Source of the DNA: Nymphaea colorata
Lineage: Eukaryota
DNA length: 64,000 nucleotides
Assembly: GCF_008831285.2 (NCBI RefSeq)
Contig: NC_045138.2
Coordinates: 42,718,001 to 42,782,000 of the forward strand
Direction of reading: 5' to 3'
In this document: piece after piece, positions 1-11,886 of the stretch
Numbering within the stretch: position 1 is the first letter of the stretch
Layout of the letters: each line of letters begins with the position of its first letter
Program-made: the position numbers and the translations under genes
Notes under the pieces: model-generated
Told to the model about the DNA's origin: nothing
Databases searched by the model: none
The model's input: the letters and a program-made list of their open reading frames with translations, nothing else

Positions 1-2460
1 GTCTGAAGGCTCACCTGAATACTCAAATGGCTGTTCTTATAAAAGAACTAAGCCTTATGAGAAAATAATAGAGAATAAAGTATGAATCATAGATTATATG
101 TCTACCATGCTTCTGTTTTTTACAGTATGGCCTAGACATCTTTAAGAATAACATCATGGTCACTTGTATCAACAATATTTTGACAATATTGCAATACTAT
201 TGCCAACTTAAAGCTTCCGATTGATAATTGAAATATCTTGTGAGAAATTCATAATATTGTGAATAGCATGAAAGTTATATTGACTTGGCAAAGACACTCT
301 ACAACACTAGTTTTTTATATCTCTCTCTCTCTGTGTGTGTGTGTGTGTGTATGTGTGTGTGTGTCAAGCAATGGGCAGCAGTATCGGCAATCTAAACTAG
401 GTGTTGCTTATAAGTCAGCACCTTGTGTTTAAAATTTTAGTTGAAACCTTATGAATTAATCATGATTAGTTAATTTTTATGAAAATTACCCTTGAAACTG
501 TACTTATTTGACAAGACATAATTTTTCCCCTAAAAATTGTTACAAATCTATATCATTGATGAAAAATGTTGTACAAATCAGACTTCAGTAACTTGAGAGC
601 ATGGTTCCAAGACAAACTGCAAGTGACTTAGTTATTATTAGAAAAATAACTATCCTTAGTAACAGCTGCAGTAGAACTATGGATTTTATAATTTGATAGC
701 TTCCCTAGTTGAATTTGAGTCGATTGATTTCATTTTTGACGTGCATATATTTCAATGCTGCTAAAAGAGAAGCACTTCAATGGAAATTTCTAGTTCCCTC
801 ATTGCAAAAAATGCCAATTTAGATGTCACAAGAAGACTAATTATTGGATACAAAGTCTTATTAATTGGCCTAGGTGGGGTTGAACCTTTTCTTCTTGAAA
901 GAAAACTAGGAGGTTGGTTTAAGAACTTGAATTTGAAGAAGATCAAGAGTCAGTGCAGCTTTCATGCTCATTTGTAAATCAATGGTTTTGGCTTATCATG
1001 CTCTACTCTGTGATGGTTTGACATGATCAGCACTTTTAGCTTATATTTGTTTTGAATCATCAATGGTAGATTAATCTCCAATTCACATCTTTGTACAAGA
1101 GAGTTTGGTACAGATTCAGATGCATTTTGTGTTTAGACCAGCATCAGTTCTGGACTTTAACTCAACCCCTCAAACCAAGTGTTGCTTTGGTATACATAAT
1201 AAATTTGGAAAAAAAAACAGTTTCTTAGTTGAGCTTATCATACAAGGTACATTATACTAACCATGCATTCTTGGAAGACAAGAGGGATCATATGATTCTA
1301 CAACCCATGTTCTCTGCTATATTTCAAGAGTAATGTAAATACTCTTAATGATTGGAAGAGCTATATCTGTTTTGCTTGTTTATTTTTTTCTTTTTTTGCT
1401 GTAAAACAGTTACGAATCCTGTTCAAGTGAACATAGTTACTTATGTAGTGCATTTCTATTTTCAATTTGCCTATGTTGTCACATGATGCATGTTTCAATA
1501 ATTCATAAATTTTGTGCAGCAGTTAATTTGATTCATTGGAGAATATTAAACTTTTTTTAAGGATACATATTCTTTTACTGCTCTTGATTTTATATCTATC
1601 ATTGAATCATCTATGACACCAAAAGTGTGATGTTCCCATAATGATCAAGACTACTTTCCTTGTCAATTTTTTGTCATAGAAGAACAGGATGGGCTTGTTA
1701 GCACTTGATTCTCATCCAACTGCTACAGCAGCAATTGGTATTTAATACTTCACATAAGATATCAAGGACCACATATCAAAAAAGAAAAGGTACAAATGCG
1801 AACAAGTGATTAAATTTTCAGTTCTATAAGATAGTTTGTGCTTTGAGTTTTTATTGTCATTTTTAATTTTTTTTCTTTAATTTTGTTTTTTTCTATTCTC
1901 ACTTATAAATTTTATACTCAAGATTGTTTATATGCTGCACTAGTATGAACTCCAATTTTGATCACTCTTTTTCTTATTAGTGAATGTAGTCTAAAAATAT
2001 ATATACTTGAATTCCTATAATTTGTTGAATTCTAGTTTATCCAAATTATACTTGGTTGAGTTCTAGTTGATCCAAAAATCTATTCTATTAAATGTTTGTA
2101 CTTTTTTGTTTGTAACATCCTACGCTATTTATTCTTTTAACTATTCCTTTAATTGTAGTTGTGCTTTGAAGGGTAATAGATATTTTCAACAAATTTCAGT
2201 GCACATTGCTGATAAACATGAACGTATCAATGAAATTTATGAGTAGATGAAGATACAAAGGACGTGAGGACACTAATCAACAAGGCCAGCTGTTCACTAT
2301 GATTAATCTGATAGAAGTTTCAATTTGTGAAAACTGCATACTGTATAAATTATTTTGGGTCTGTACATATTTTATATAATTGGACAAATTGTTGATTAAT
2401 TTTTTTCTTATGATATTTCAATTTGTTAAAGATTTTTCAATTTCACTTGAAATATTTTAT

Positions 2461-2505
<45 letters not shown>

Positions 2506-3072
2506 AAAGCTCATTAATGAGTAGTTATGTTGGCCAGCATTGATGATGTGATCAATAATAATTTCAGTAGTGACCAAAGACTTGTTTGGCAATGACTTGT
2601 ATCAGAGTCAATAAGAAATGTCATTGTGCCCAAAATGTTTTTGGCAACAACTGCTGCCTTACCCACTTATTTTTAGGCACAAGAGGTATGGTAAGAGCAG
2701 TATTTAGCAAGCACTAATGTGTCTAACGGCAAAGTCATTTTTGTCTACGGCATGAACCCTAGTCAGTAATACTCTTTGGTGCCATGTGGAAGAATAAGTT
2801 TTATTCTATAATGAATGTAATATTCAGTTTATGGTGGCTTTTTTTCTGCACTTACAGATATTTTATAGTTTATGCTACTCATCTTTAGGGTATTTAATAT
2901 AATTTAATTTTATGTTATGATGAGGCTGACCATGGAGAGTGTTTAACAAAAAATAAAAATAAAAAAATAAAACAAAAGCGACAGGAAGAACACTGCTGCT
3001 AGAGGTGTGTACCAATGTATAACACTATTGTACGCTTATAGTAGCGATTAATAACAACGCGATAGAAATGCA

Positions 3073-3466
3073 TGTTGGGATTTCCCCATCTGGATAGTCC
3101 TGCGTCGATACGGGTCCATATCCGTTCCGGACCCTTCAGTATAAATACTCGTGTCTTGTGATGGAGTGAGACACATTCAGTTTTACTGTCTGGGTAATCG
3201 GTCCCCTTAGCCATACGTGAATTGCCTATCCCCATCACTGGGCTGCTACGGTTGAGGAGAAAAACTCATTGCCGCCGCCGCCGCTACCTCCGCAGGGGAA
3301 CAACCCTATGGGGACTGTAGTCGTTCTACCAATAGCCGCTGACATTCAGTTGGCGGTCGCCTCTATAGGTTCTTCTTCCGCGCTATGAAACACACGTTTC
3401 TATGAATGTTTTTTTATTTCTGCATTATTGTTCATACGCTATCTTGATTTCTGCAAAGCTCCAACA
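3073..3466 (+). repeat. 5' LTR of copia element 1
   Basis: Starts TGTTGGGATTTCCCC and ends GCTCCAACA. Direct repeat of 9388-9781. Contains TATAAAT at about 3140. Confidence 0.95.
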
Positions 3467-3467
3467 A

Positions 3468-3501
3468 TGGGTTATGGGCCCACACCACGCTTCCGCTGCG
3501 C
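3468..3501 (+). promoter_or_regulatory. Primer-binding site complementary to the 5' half (anticodon and D arms) of initiator tRNA-Met
   Basis: TGGGTTATGGGCCCA-CA-CCACGCTTCCGCTGCGC is the reverse complement of plant tRNA-iMet nt ~10-41 (sequence recalled from memory) with a 2-nt bulge. It lies 1 nt after the LTR. Confidence 0.9.
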
Positions 3502-4128
3502 GTTTCCCCTTTGCATCTGTCTTCACGCAAAGGAAATAGGGCAGAAACGTGGAAGAGAAGGGAAGGAATAGGAGCGGCAGGGAAGGGCGACGGAAGGGAG
3601 GTGCGACGGCCGTCGAAGGGCAACCGCCGGCGACCTTGCTGTCACCGGACGGGCCCATGCGACCCGCTGGCGCCCACCCAACGTCTTAGGAGCCCCGCCA
3701 GTGGTTTTCCCACTGTCGTCACTGCCGTTTTCATCCATGCCCACATATGAGAAAATAGGGCACTGTGAGAATCGAAGGCAGGGAGGGCCATGGCCGGTCG
3801 GAGGCCCGCTGGCGGCTTCCCTGTCGCTGGGCGGCGCCGTGAGACCCTTTGGCGCCCACCCAAAGCTCTCGGAGGCTCGCCGGTGGTGATCTCGCCAGTC
3901 GCCTGCTGTTCGGTCTAAGGCAGGGCGAGTCGCTGCCTGCGAACCGTCGAGCGGGGAGGCGGGTCGGACCCGGGTCGGGTCAGTCATGACCCGAACTGGG
4001 TCCATAAAAGCTTTAAAAAAAAAAAATCGTTGCCGCTCGACTTCCGCCCACTTTGTTTTGATTTTTTGGATCGGGTCGGGTCCTTTCGGACCCGAACCGT
4101 ATCCATACGGCTTGATTTTTAAAACAGA

Positions 4129-4374
4129 ACCGATTCGGTCCGTTTCAGAACCGATTCAGAGCTTTTTGGGACCGGTTTGGGCATTTTGGGGCCGATTCAG
4201 ATCTTTTCTGGACCGGTTCAGTTGGTTTTCAGACCGGTTCATTCAGTTTCAGAACCGATTCGGGCCTTTTCAAACTGATTCAGAGTTGTTTGAGACCGGT
4301 TCTTTTCCTTTTCAGACCGGTTCATCTAGTTTTCCACCGATTCAGTCCATTTATGACTGATACGGGACCGGTTC
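4129..4374. repeat. Degenerate ~20-21 bp tandem array with core ACCG(G/A)TTC in the retrotransposon leader
   Basis: Core motif at 4129, 4150, 4171, 4191, 4212, 4233, 4254, 4274, 4295, 4316, 4336, 4356 and 4367. Confidence 0.8.
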
Positions 4375-5090
4375 TAAGCTAGAGGAAGCTGGTATATGTG
4401 GTGTAAGGTGTTTAATGAATTGGTTCGATCATTTTAGATCGATACAGGACCGATTCATTATGTTTTATGAAGCTCTAATGAACAATTTAGATAGCATTAA
4501 GTTGATTATGCATAAATGATCTGTGTGTTTCATTTTATATGTGATTTTATGACATATTCTTGTATCATGTTTTTATTTAGGATTATGCTAAAGTTAATTT
4601 TATTGCATGATCATAAAGTTTATACGGTAACGCTAATGTAAAGAGCCTATGATTAGTTAAATCATGTCATACCTCACCAAAGTTACTGCGCATGATTTAA
4701 AGGCACATTAGTGTTTCATGTTGTACTTACTCTCATTTGAAATAACATAATTACCCAAAGGTAGTGTGTTATGTTTAAGAGAATAAGTAGAGTAAAATAG
4801 AAAGATAGATTCTTACATAGTTTTGTCATTTTACACTCAAAGGTGTTATGCTTGACTATAGTTTGAATTTACATTTCCTAGTTTTACTAGATAAAGTTAA
4901 GATGGAATACATGTGCGTATTAGGTATATTACCAAAGTAGTATCCTAATGACCCCTGATATTTGTCTTGAAAATAGTAGACATAAAGAGCCTTTTATTTA
5001 GTTTACTGTTTCATATGGTTTGTCTCATATGATGCATGTCAACTTATTGATGTCTTTTGTCGTCTGCAGTGCTTGGTTCTATTTATTTTA

Positions 5091-8000
5091 ATGGCTGAAA
5101 TTCTATCCCTTTACTTGATGATTCGAATTATGCTGAATGGAAAGAGTGTTGTATTTACATTGCGGTATATGGATCTGGATATGGCTTTGAGGTGACCTGA
5201 GCCACCACCTTTTACACCACAAAGTACACATAATGAAACAGTATATTTTGACAAGTGGGAGCGTTCTAACTGACTAAGCTTGTTGCTTTTGCAATCAAGG
5301 GTCGCTAAGAACATACGTGGTGCTATCCCACCTTGTAGAACGGTGAGAGAGTTCTTGGATGCAGTTGAGGCTCAGTTTGTCAGCTCTCATAAAGCCAGAG
5401 CCAGTACCCTAATGTCAAAGTTAATATCTATGAAATATCAAGGAGGGGGTAACATTCGCCAGCATATGTTAGAAATGAGGAACATTGCTTCTCAATTGAA
5501 TGACATGAAGTTGACTATTTCTAAATATTTCTTGGTATTCTTTACTTTGACCTTTTTACCAGTTGAATATACTCCTTTTAAGATCAGTTACAACACATAT
5601 AATGCTGAATGAACATTCAATGAATTGATGTCTAAGTATGTTGAAGAGAAGGAAAGAATGAAGGGTGAAAAGTTGCAAAGCGCACATATGGTTTCTCACT
5701 CTAGGCTGGTAAAATTGGCATAAAGAAAAGTTCAATGGAAAGGAGTGCCAAGAAGAAGTCAACAAGTCAAACTGCTTCTCAAACTGCGCAGACTAACTTA
5801 GCCCCTATAAAGTGTTTCTTTTGCAAGAAAAAAGGGGTATAAGAAGTCTGACTGGATCAAGTACAAGAATTGGTTAGAGAAGAAAGGTAACATGTCATTT
5901 GTTTCACTTAAAAGTAATATGTTACATGTTCCTATTAATAGCTGGTGAATTGACTCTGGTGCTACTGTGCATATTGCCAATTCTTTACAGGACTTTCTGA
6001 GCAAAAGGGAACCAACTCTACATGAGATGAGCATTTTCTCAAGAAACAAAATGCACTCAAATGTGAAGGTTGTAGGAAAATGCCAGATTAGGCTTGATAC
6101 TAGCTTTGTTTTGGATCTTCATGATGTTTTCTTTGTTCCATCATATAGTAGAAACTTAATTTATGTATCAAGATTGGACAAATTTGATTTCTGCTTAAAG
6201 TTTGAGAATTCAAATATGTTCATTTATAAAGATCTTGTTGAAATTGGTTCTGCTATTTTGTGTGATGGTTTATACAAGTTGAATGTGAAGATCCAATCTC
6301 CTGAATCGTTGGTTTTTAGTCGTTGTATAAGTGGCAATAAGCATAGTACCATAAATGATGTTTTGTACATGCTATGGCACCGCCGTTTCGGTCATATCTC
6401 TGAAAAGAGGATAAAGAGACTCTTAAATGAAGGGATCTTACGATCTCTTGATTTTACAGATAAAGGCATATGTGTAGATTGCATAAAGGCAAAGCAAACT
6501 AACATATATAAAGAAAGTGTAGAGCGATGTACTGAAAGATTAGGAATTGTTCACACAAATGTTTGTCGACTTTTTCCTCCTTGTTACACAGGCGAAAAAT
6601 ATTTTGTCACATTTATAGATGACTATTCTCGGTATTTGTATCTCTACTTAATCTTTGAAAAATCCGATGTGTGTCAAGTTTTCAAGGACTATAAGAAAGA
6701 AGTAGAGAAACAAACCAATGAAGTTATCAAGATAGTCAGATCAGATAGAGGTGGTGAATATTATGGTAAGTTTATTGAGATAGACAGAGAGAGAGACCAT
6801 TAGCACGATTTCTGAAGGAAGAAGACATTGTGCCTCAGTACACCATGTCAAGTAGTGCCTATCAAAATGGTGTAGCTGAAAGGAGAAATTGTACGCTTAA
6901 GGAAATGGTTCGAGCTATGATAAATTTTTCAACTCTCCCTCTAACCTTGTGGGGTGAAGCTCTCAGGACAACAGTGCATATTCAAAATAGGGTTCATACT
7001 AAAGCTGTTCCTACAACTCCTTAAGAATTGTGGACAGGTAGGAAACCTTCTCTTTCTTATATGCACATATGGGGATGTCTTGCTGAAGCTAAGTTGTACA
7101 ACCCTTACATAAAAGCCTTTGATCCTAGAACAACCAGTGGTTTCTTTATTGGTTATCCAGAAAGATCGAAAGGCTATAGGTTTTATTGTCCATCTCATAC
7201 ACCACATATTGTGGAAACAGATAAGGCTAAATTCCTAAAACATGCCTCATTTGGGTTAGATGCATTACAAAACATCAATTTTGAGGAAATACAGGATACT
7301 GAAAGTAGACCTGCTAAAGAGAATGCAAGTGTGTATGATTATATTGTCTCTCATGATGACATGAATGCAAATCATACAGGTAATGCATCAGATCCAGATG
7401 AATTAAATGTATATCATACTGATAAACACGAACATGATGTAGATATACAAATTGAAAATGATCAATTACCTGTTCGTAGATCTGCAAGAGCCAAGAGATC
7501 TGCCATATCATCAGACTATGTGGTATATCTACAAGAGCCTAGTGATTTCATAGATGTTGATGATGACCCTTTCACATTTATTGAAGCCGTTGAAAGCAAA
7601 AAATACAGGTACTGCATTAATGCCATGAAAGAAGAGTTTGACTCTATGGCTAAAAACCAAACATGGAGCCTTGTGTCGTTGCCTGAAGGAGTTAAACCCG
7701 TAGGATGTAAATGGGTCTATAAGACCAAGGGGGACTCTAAAGGCAACATAGAGAGATACAAGGCAAGATTAGTTGCTAAAGGATTCATACAAATGGAGGA
7801 CATTGACTATAATGAGACATATTCACCTGTCTCTGCTAAAGAGTCAATGAGGATTGTCCTTGCACTTGTAGCTCATTTTGACTTAGAGCTACATCAGATG
7901 GATGTGAAAACAGCTTTCTTAAATAGTGATTTGAATGAAGAGGTATATATGGATCAACCTCAAGGGTTTTCTGAGAGTGGTAAAGATCATTTGGTTTGCA

Positions 8001-9186
8001 AGCTTAATAAAGCGATTTATAGACTTAAACAGATCTCACGTAAATGATACATTAAGTTTTCCGAAGTCATTATGACTTTTGGGTTTACAGAAAACATCAT
8101 TGATCGATGTGTGTATCTTAAGACATGTGGGAGTAAGTTCATAATTTTGTCTTTATATGTGGATGACATTTTACTTGCTTCAAATGATCTTCAATTGCTA
8201 ACAGAGACCAAACATTTTCTCGCATTTCATTTTGAGATGAAGGACATGAGTGAGACTTCATTTGTTCTTGACATTGAAATTCACCGAGACAGATCTAAAT
8301 GTGTTTTAAGTCTCTCCCAATCAGCATACATCAATAAAGTTATTAAAAGATATCAGATGGAGAATCTCAATCAGCATACATCAATAAAGTTTTTAAAAGA
8401 TATGAGATGGAGAATTGTTCTCCTATTTCTGCACCCATAGCTAAAGGTGATAAATTGAGCCTAAATGATTGTCCAAACGACGAATTTGAAAAGGCACAAA
8501 TGATCAACATTCCATATGCATCAGCGGTTGGCAGCTTGCAGTATGCCCAGATTTACACTAGGCCTGACATTTCCTTTGCTATTGGCATGCTTGGTAGATT
8601 TCAGTCTAATCCAAGCATGGCACATTGGAAGGCTGTAAAGAGAGTCATGCGATACTTGCAAAGGACAAAAGATTACATGTTGACATATCGCAAGGTGGAC
8701 CATTTAGAAGTGATTGGCTATTCTGACACCGATCTTGGAGGATGTACCGATAGTAGAAAGTCTACTACTGATTTTGTTTTCCTTCTATCAGGAGGTGCCA
8801 TCTCATGAGGGAGCAAAAAGCAGACTGTGACTGCTGCTCACACCATGGAAGCAGAATTCATTGCATTATATGAGACTACATTGTAGGCAATTTGGATAAA
8901 GAATTTCATTTCACAGCTCAAGATAGTGGAATCTATTGATAGACGACTTAAGGTTCACTGTGATAATGAAGCTGCAGTGTCCTTTTCCAATAACAACAAA
9001 AGTACTACTTCTTGTAAGCATATGAAACTTAAGTATTTTGTTATTAAAGAACGGACAGAAAATCAACTAGTGTGTATTCAACACATTGGGACTACAGATA
9101 TGGTTGCAGATCCTCTTACTAAAGCGCTAGCATCTGGTATGTTTTTTGAACATGTTAAGAGGATGGGTTTGTGTAGTTCAATGTAA
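5091..9186 (+). pseudogene. gag-pol polyprotein of copia element 1, with multiple stops and frameshifts
   Basis: Gag YMDLDMALR...KWERSN; protease IDSGATVH; pre-integrase LWHRRFGH; integrase FIDDYSR, SDRGGEY, QNGVAERRN; RT QMDVKTAFLN, YVDDILL; RNase H YSDTDLGG, ADPLTK. Confidence 0.95.
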
Positions 9187-9387
9187 GCACACTATTATAC
9201 AAACATTTATGAATGTGATCACATACAGTTTGTTGATTCTCATTAAGTTTGTTGTCTATTTATTTTGTATTCTCATTTGTTTATTGAGAAGTTTTGTAAG
9301 ACAGCAAAGGTGGGACCTTGGAATGGATCTTAAGGCTAATCCATTCATTTTGTTTACCCTTGATATCAACCTGAACTAGTGAGAGAT

Positions 9388-9781
9388 TGTTGGGATTTCC
9401 CCATCTGGATAGTCCTGCGTCGATACAGGTCCATACCCATTTCGGACCCTTAAGTATAAATACTCGTGTCTTGTGATGGAGTGAGGCACATTCAATTTTA
9501 CCGTCTGGGTAATTGGTCCCCTTAGCCATGCGTGAATTGCTTGTCCCCATCACTGGGCTGCTATGACTGAGGAGAGAAACTCATTGCCGCTGCCGCCGCT
9601 ACCTCCGTAGGGGAACGACTCTATGGGGACTGTAGCCGTTCTACCAATAGTCGCCGACATTCAGTCGGCGGTCACCTCTATAGGTTCTTCTTCCGCCTTA
9701 TGAAACACATGTTTCTATGAATGTTTTTCGATTTCTGCATTATTGTGCATACGCTATCTTGATTTCTGCAAAGCTCCAACA
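9388..9781 (+). repeat. 3' LTR of copia element 1
   Basis: Direct repeat of 3073-3466, preceded by the purine tract AGTGAGAGAT (9378-9387). Confidence 0.95.
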
Positions 9782-11499
9782 TTGCAGACATGCTTATACT
9801 CTCATTTCTATACATAACATAATACAGGCCAGCATACCGACTACAACCACATAAGTCTATCGCTACAGCCACATGAGCGGTGACCCTAACAGCCAAAATA
9901 CATTGTTGTTGAGGAGTTTGGATGCACTTGAAACTGGGTTTCTTAGAGACTTGGTTTCAATCAGAACTCGTTTTCAACAACGTTTTGAAGAACTTGCCGG
10001 GCAGTCTTTTCTCACCCAAAACATCATTTTCGGCTTTATGGGATAACTTTGGCATTGATGTTTTGTTGGATACAGTAGCTTTGGCGATGAGAAGTGTCTT
10101 AGTTGTTGTGGCAGATGATGTCGTCGAATATTGGCATGGATGAGAAGCAGAAATTATGAAGCTGGCTCCGCCAAAGTTGAGGATGGTGCACAGACTGCAA
10201 GGCTCACTCGAGAAGAAATGCTACCCAAGTGAATAATGGAATGAAGGGGCCGTGAAGGAAAGGCAATTTCCATGGCTAGCATAATTATTTTATGCATGTT
10301 TTATTAGGGCATGATATTCTTTTGGAGATCGACATTTGGTGCGATGTCCCTAACACCCACGGAAGGCATGAAGCCTTCTGTCGGCAAGTAATTGCCTTTG
10401 TGAATCAGGAAGGAGTTGGGGGGCAACTATCTTTTGCTTCCTGCTAGTGGTAAACTCTATTATCGGATATAGTGCTTGATAGAAGTGTCTTAGTTGTTGT
10501 GGAAAACCCTTGTGATGCTGAAATAATTTCATTGTTTGTAAGCTTAGTGCTGATTGTTCCATCTTTAGCTGCAAAATACGACCGGTAGGCTGTTCCTAAA
10601 TGTGCCGAATAGGCTCCTCTATTTAGTTATTTTTCAACGGCTTCCTGATTCCATAGTTCAACATAAACCCCGGTTGGTTGCCTAAAAGATAAATTTTCTT
10701 CTTTTAAACTGCAACTGTTATTGTTTTTTTTTCTTTTTTTGGTAACAATGTCCAATTAAATGGTTTGTGATTTTATTTCAAATGATGGATCAAGAGGCAC
10801 TTAGAAAATTTTTCAACAAGGAAAACAGTAAGAAGAAGCAATTTGGAGGTAGAACAATTTTTTCCAAAGTAATTTCATTGTATCATCTCTCCATTATCCT
10901 CTTATCATTAATATCAGATTCTCCATAGGTGCTCACCACTGCACTATGGCAATACATCTCTTTAGATGAGATATCTTTTGCTTGTGAGTTGTCAATAATC
11001 AGATATGATTTAGTTAAAACTTAGTTATGTACTCAGTTTCAAATCTAGTTAGAGTGTATGTCTGTATGAAAATTGTTAATGGATGGACAAGCGTGCAATT
11101 AATCTGAAATGCATTGGTCATCCTTGAATACATATTCTGTCAAGCAAAAACCACCCAAACTCATTTATTTCGGTTGCAGGTGAAAGTATTTTCCTTTATT
11201 AATTTCAAACGGCAGATTCAACTTGGACTGCATACTAAATTAGGTTTTAGTCTTGGTTCTATTGTTCAGGCTCTAAACGTTGTAATGTTTGACGCAGTGA
11301 AACTTCTATGAACTATCTAACAAGCTGACCTGTTGTATTGAGCATTCTCAACAACTTGTTGCTGCCTTCATAAGGGCAAGGTCATGTGGATGATGAGTTG
11401 TAATCTATGTGACATAGGTACCTGTATGGGTGCTGGTATGGATACAGGTTCAGACAATTTTAAAAAGAACTTGAATAAGGGGTACGGTATATATATATA

Positions 11500-11603
11500 T
11501 TTTGAATCATAAATGTGTTATTTTGTTTGAATTCTTATTTTATGTTATATATATATAACATAAAATAAGAATTGAAACAAAATAACACATTCAAGATTCA
11601 AAA
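11500..11603. repeat. ~104-bp near-perfect AT-rich palindrome
   Basis: 52-bp arms are reverse complements with about 3 mismatches, centred on a TATA run with no spacer. Confidence 0.9.
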
Positions 11604-11783
11604 TTTATAGATTCTAAAGAAGAAACTATTGAACAAAATATGAAAATGCAACTTTGTATGTGTTTCGTAAGTGTAAATGGTGTAAAGAACAAAACTGAAG
11701 TCCGAAATTTTGGATAGAAAATGATTTGGTCAACTTTGACCGAGTTCTAAATCAATGAATATGGTCCTAGGTACGTTGACCAT

Positions 11784-11886
11784 ATGTTATCGCCTCTTAA
11801 CACATGACGACCTTTGTGACATGGGTACTGCAATTACAGCACTACCCATGTGACAAAGGTCGTCATGTCTTAAGAGGCGGTAACAT
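11784..11886. repeat. Inverted repeat with 44-bp arms and a 15-nt loop
   Basis: ATGTTATCGCCTCTTAACACATGACGACCTTTGTGACATGGGTA pairs with TACCCATGTGACAAAGGTCGTCATGTCTTAAGAGGCGGTAACAT, 3 mismatches. Confidence 0.9.

Larger units (their letters stand above)
3073..9781 (+). mobile_element. Ty1/copia LTR retrotransposon, full length and decayed, probably Bianca lineage
   Basis: Two 394-bp TG...CA LTRs (3073-3466, 9388-9781), about 31 substitutions by manual count. Imperfect 5-bp TSD ATGCA/TTGCA. Half-tRNA-iMet PBS, PPT AGTGAGAGA, and gag-PR-INT-RT-RH domain order. Confidence 0.95.

Noticed and set aside
2520..2790. CACTA-like subterminal repeats (TTGGCAA.GAC variants; similar at ~48900-49230)
   Set aside because: Too degenerate, with no CACTA/TAGTG terminal pair, TSD or transposase that I could support.
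3468..3501. tRNA-Met gene on the minus strand
   Set aside because: Only the 5'-half complement is present, with no T arm or acceptor stem. Its position next to the LTR identifies it as a PBS.
3425..4360. Several overlapping ORFs of 60-160 aa
   Set aside because: By-products of the GC-rich, repetitive retrotransposon leader; no protein motifs.
4129..4374. CRISPR-like repeat-spacer array
   Set aside because: 8-bp degenerate cores with ~12-bp spacers in a plant retroelement; no cas genes.
9900..10600. Coding-looking sequence with a 22-bp repeat (AGAAGTGTCTTAGTTGTTGTGG at ~10090 and ~10481)
   Set aside because: All frames are interrupted and no protein family was recognised.
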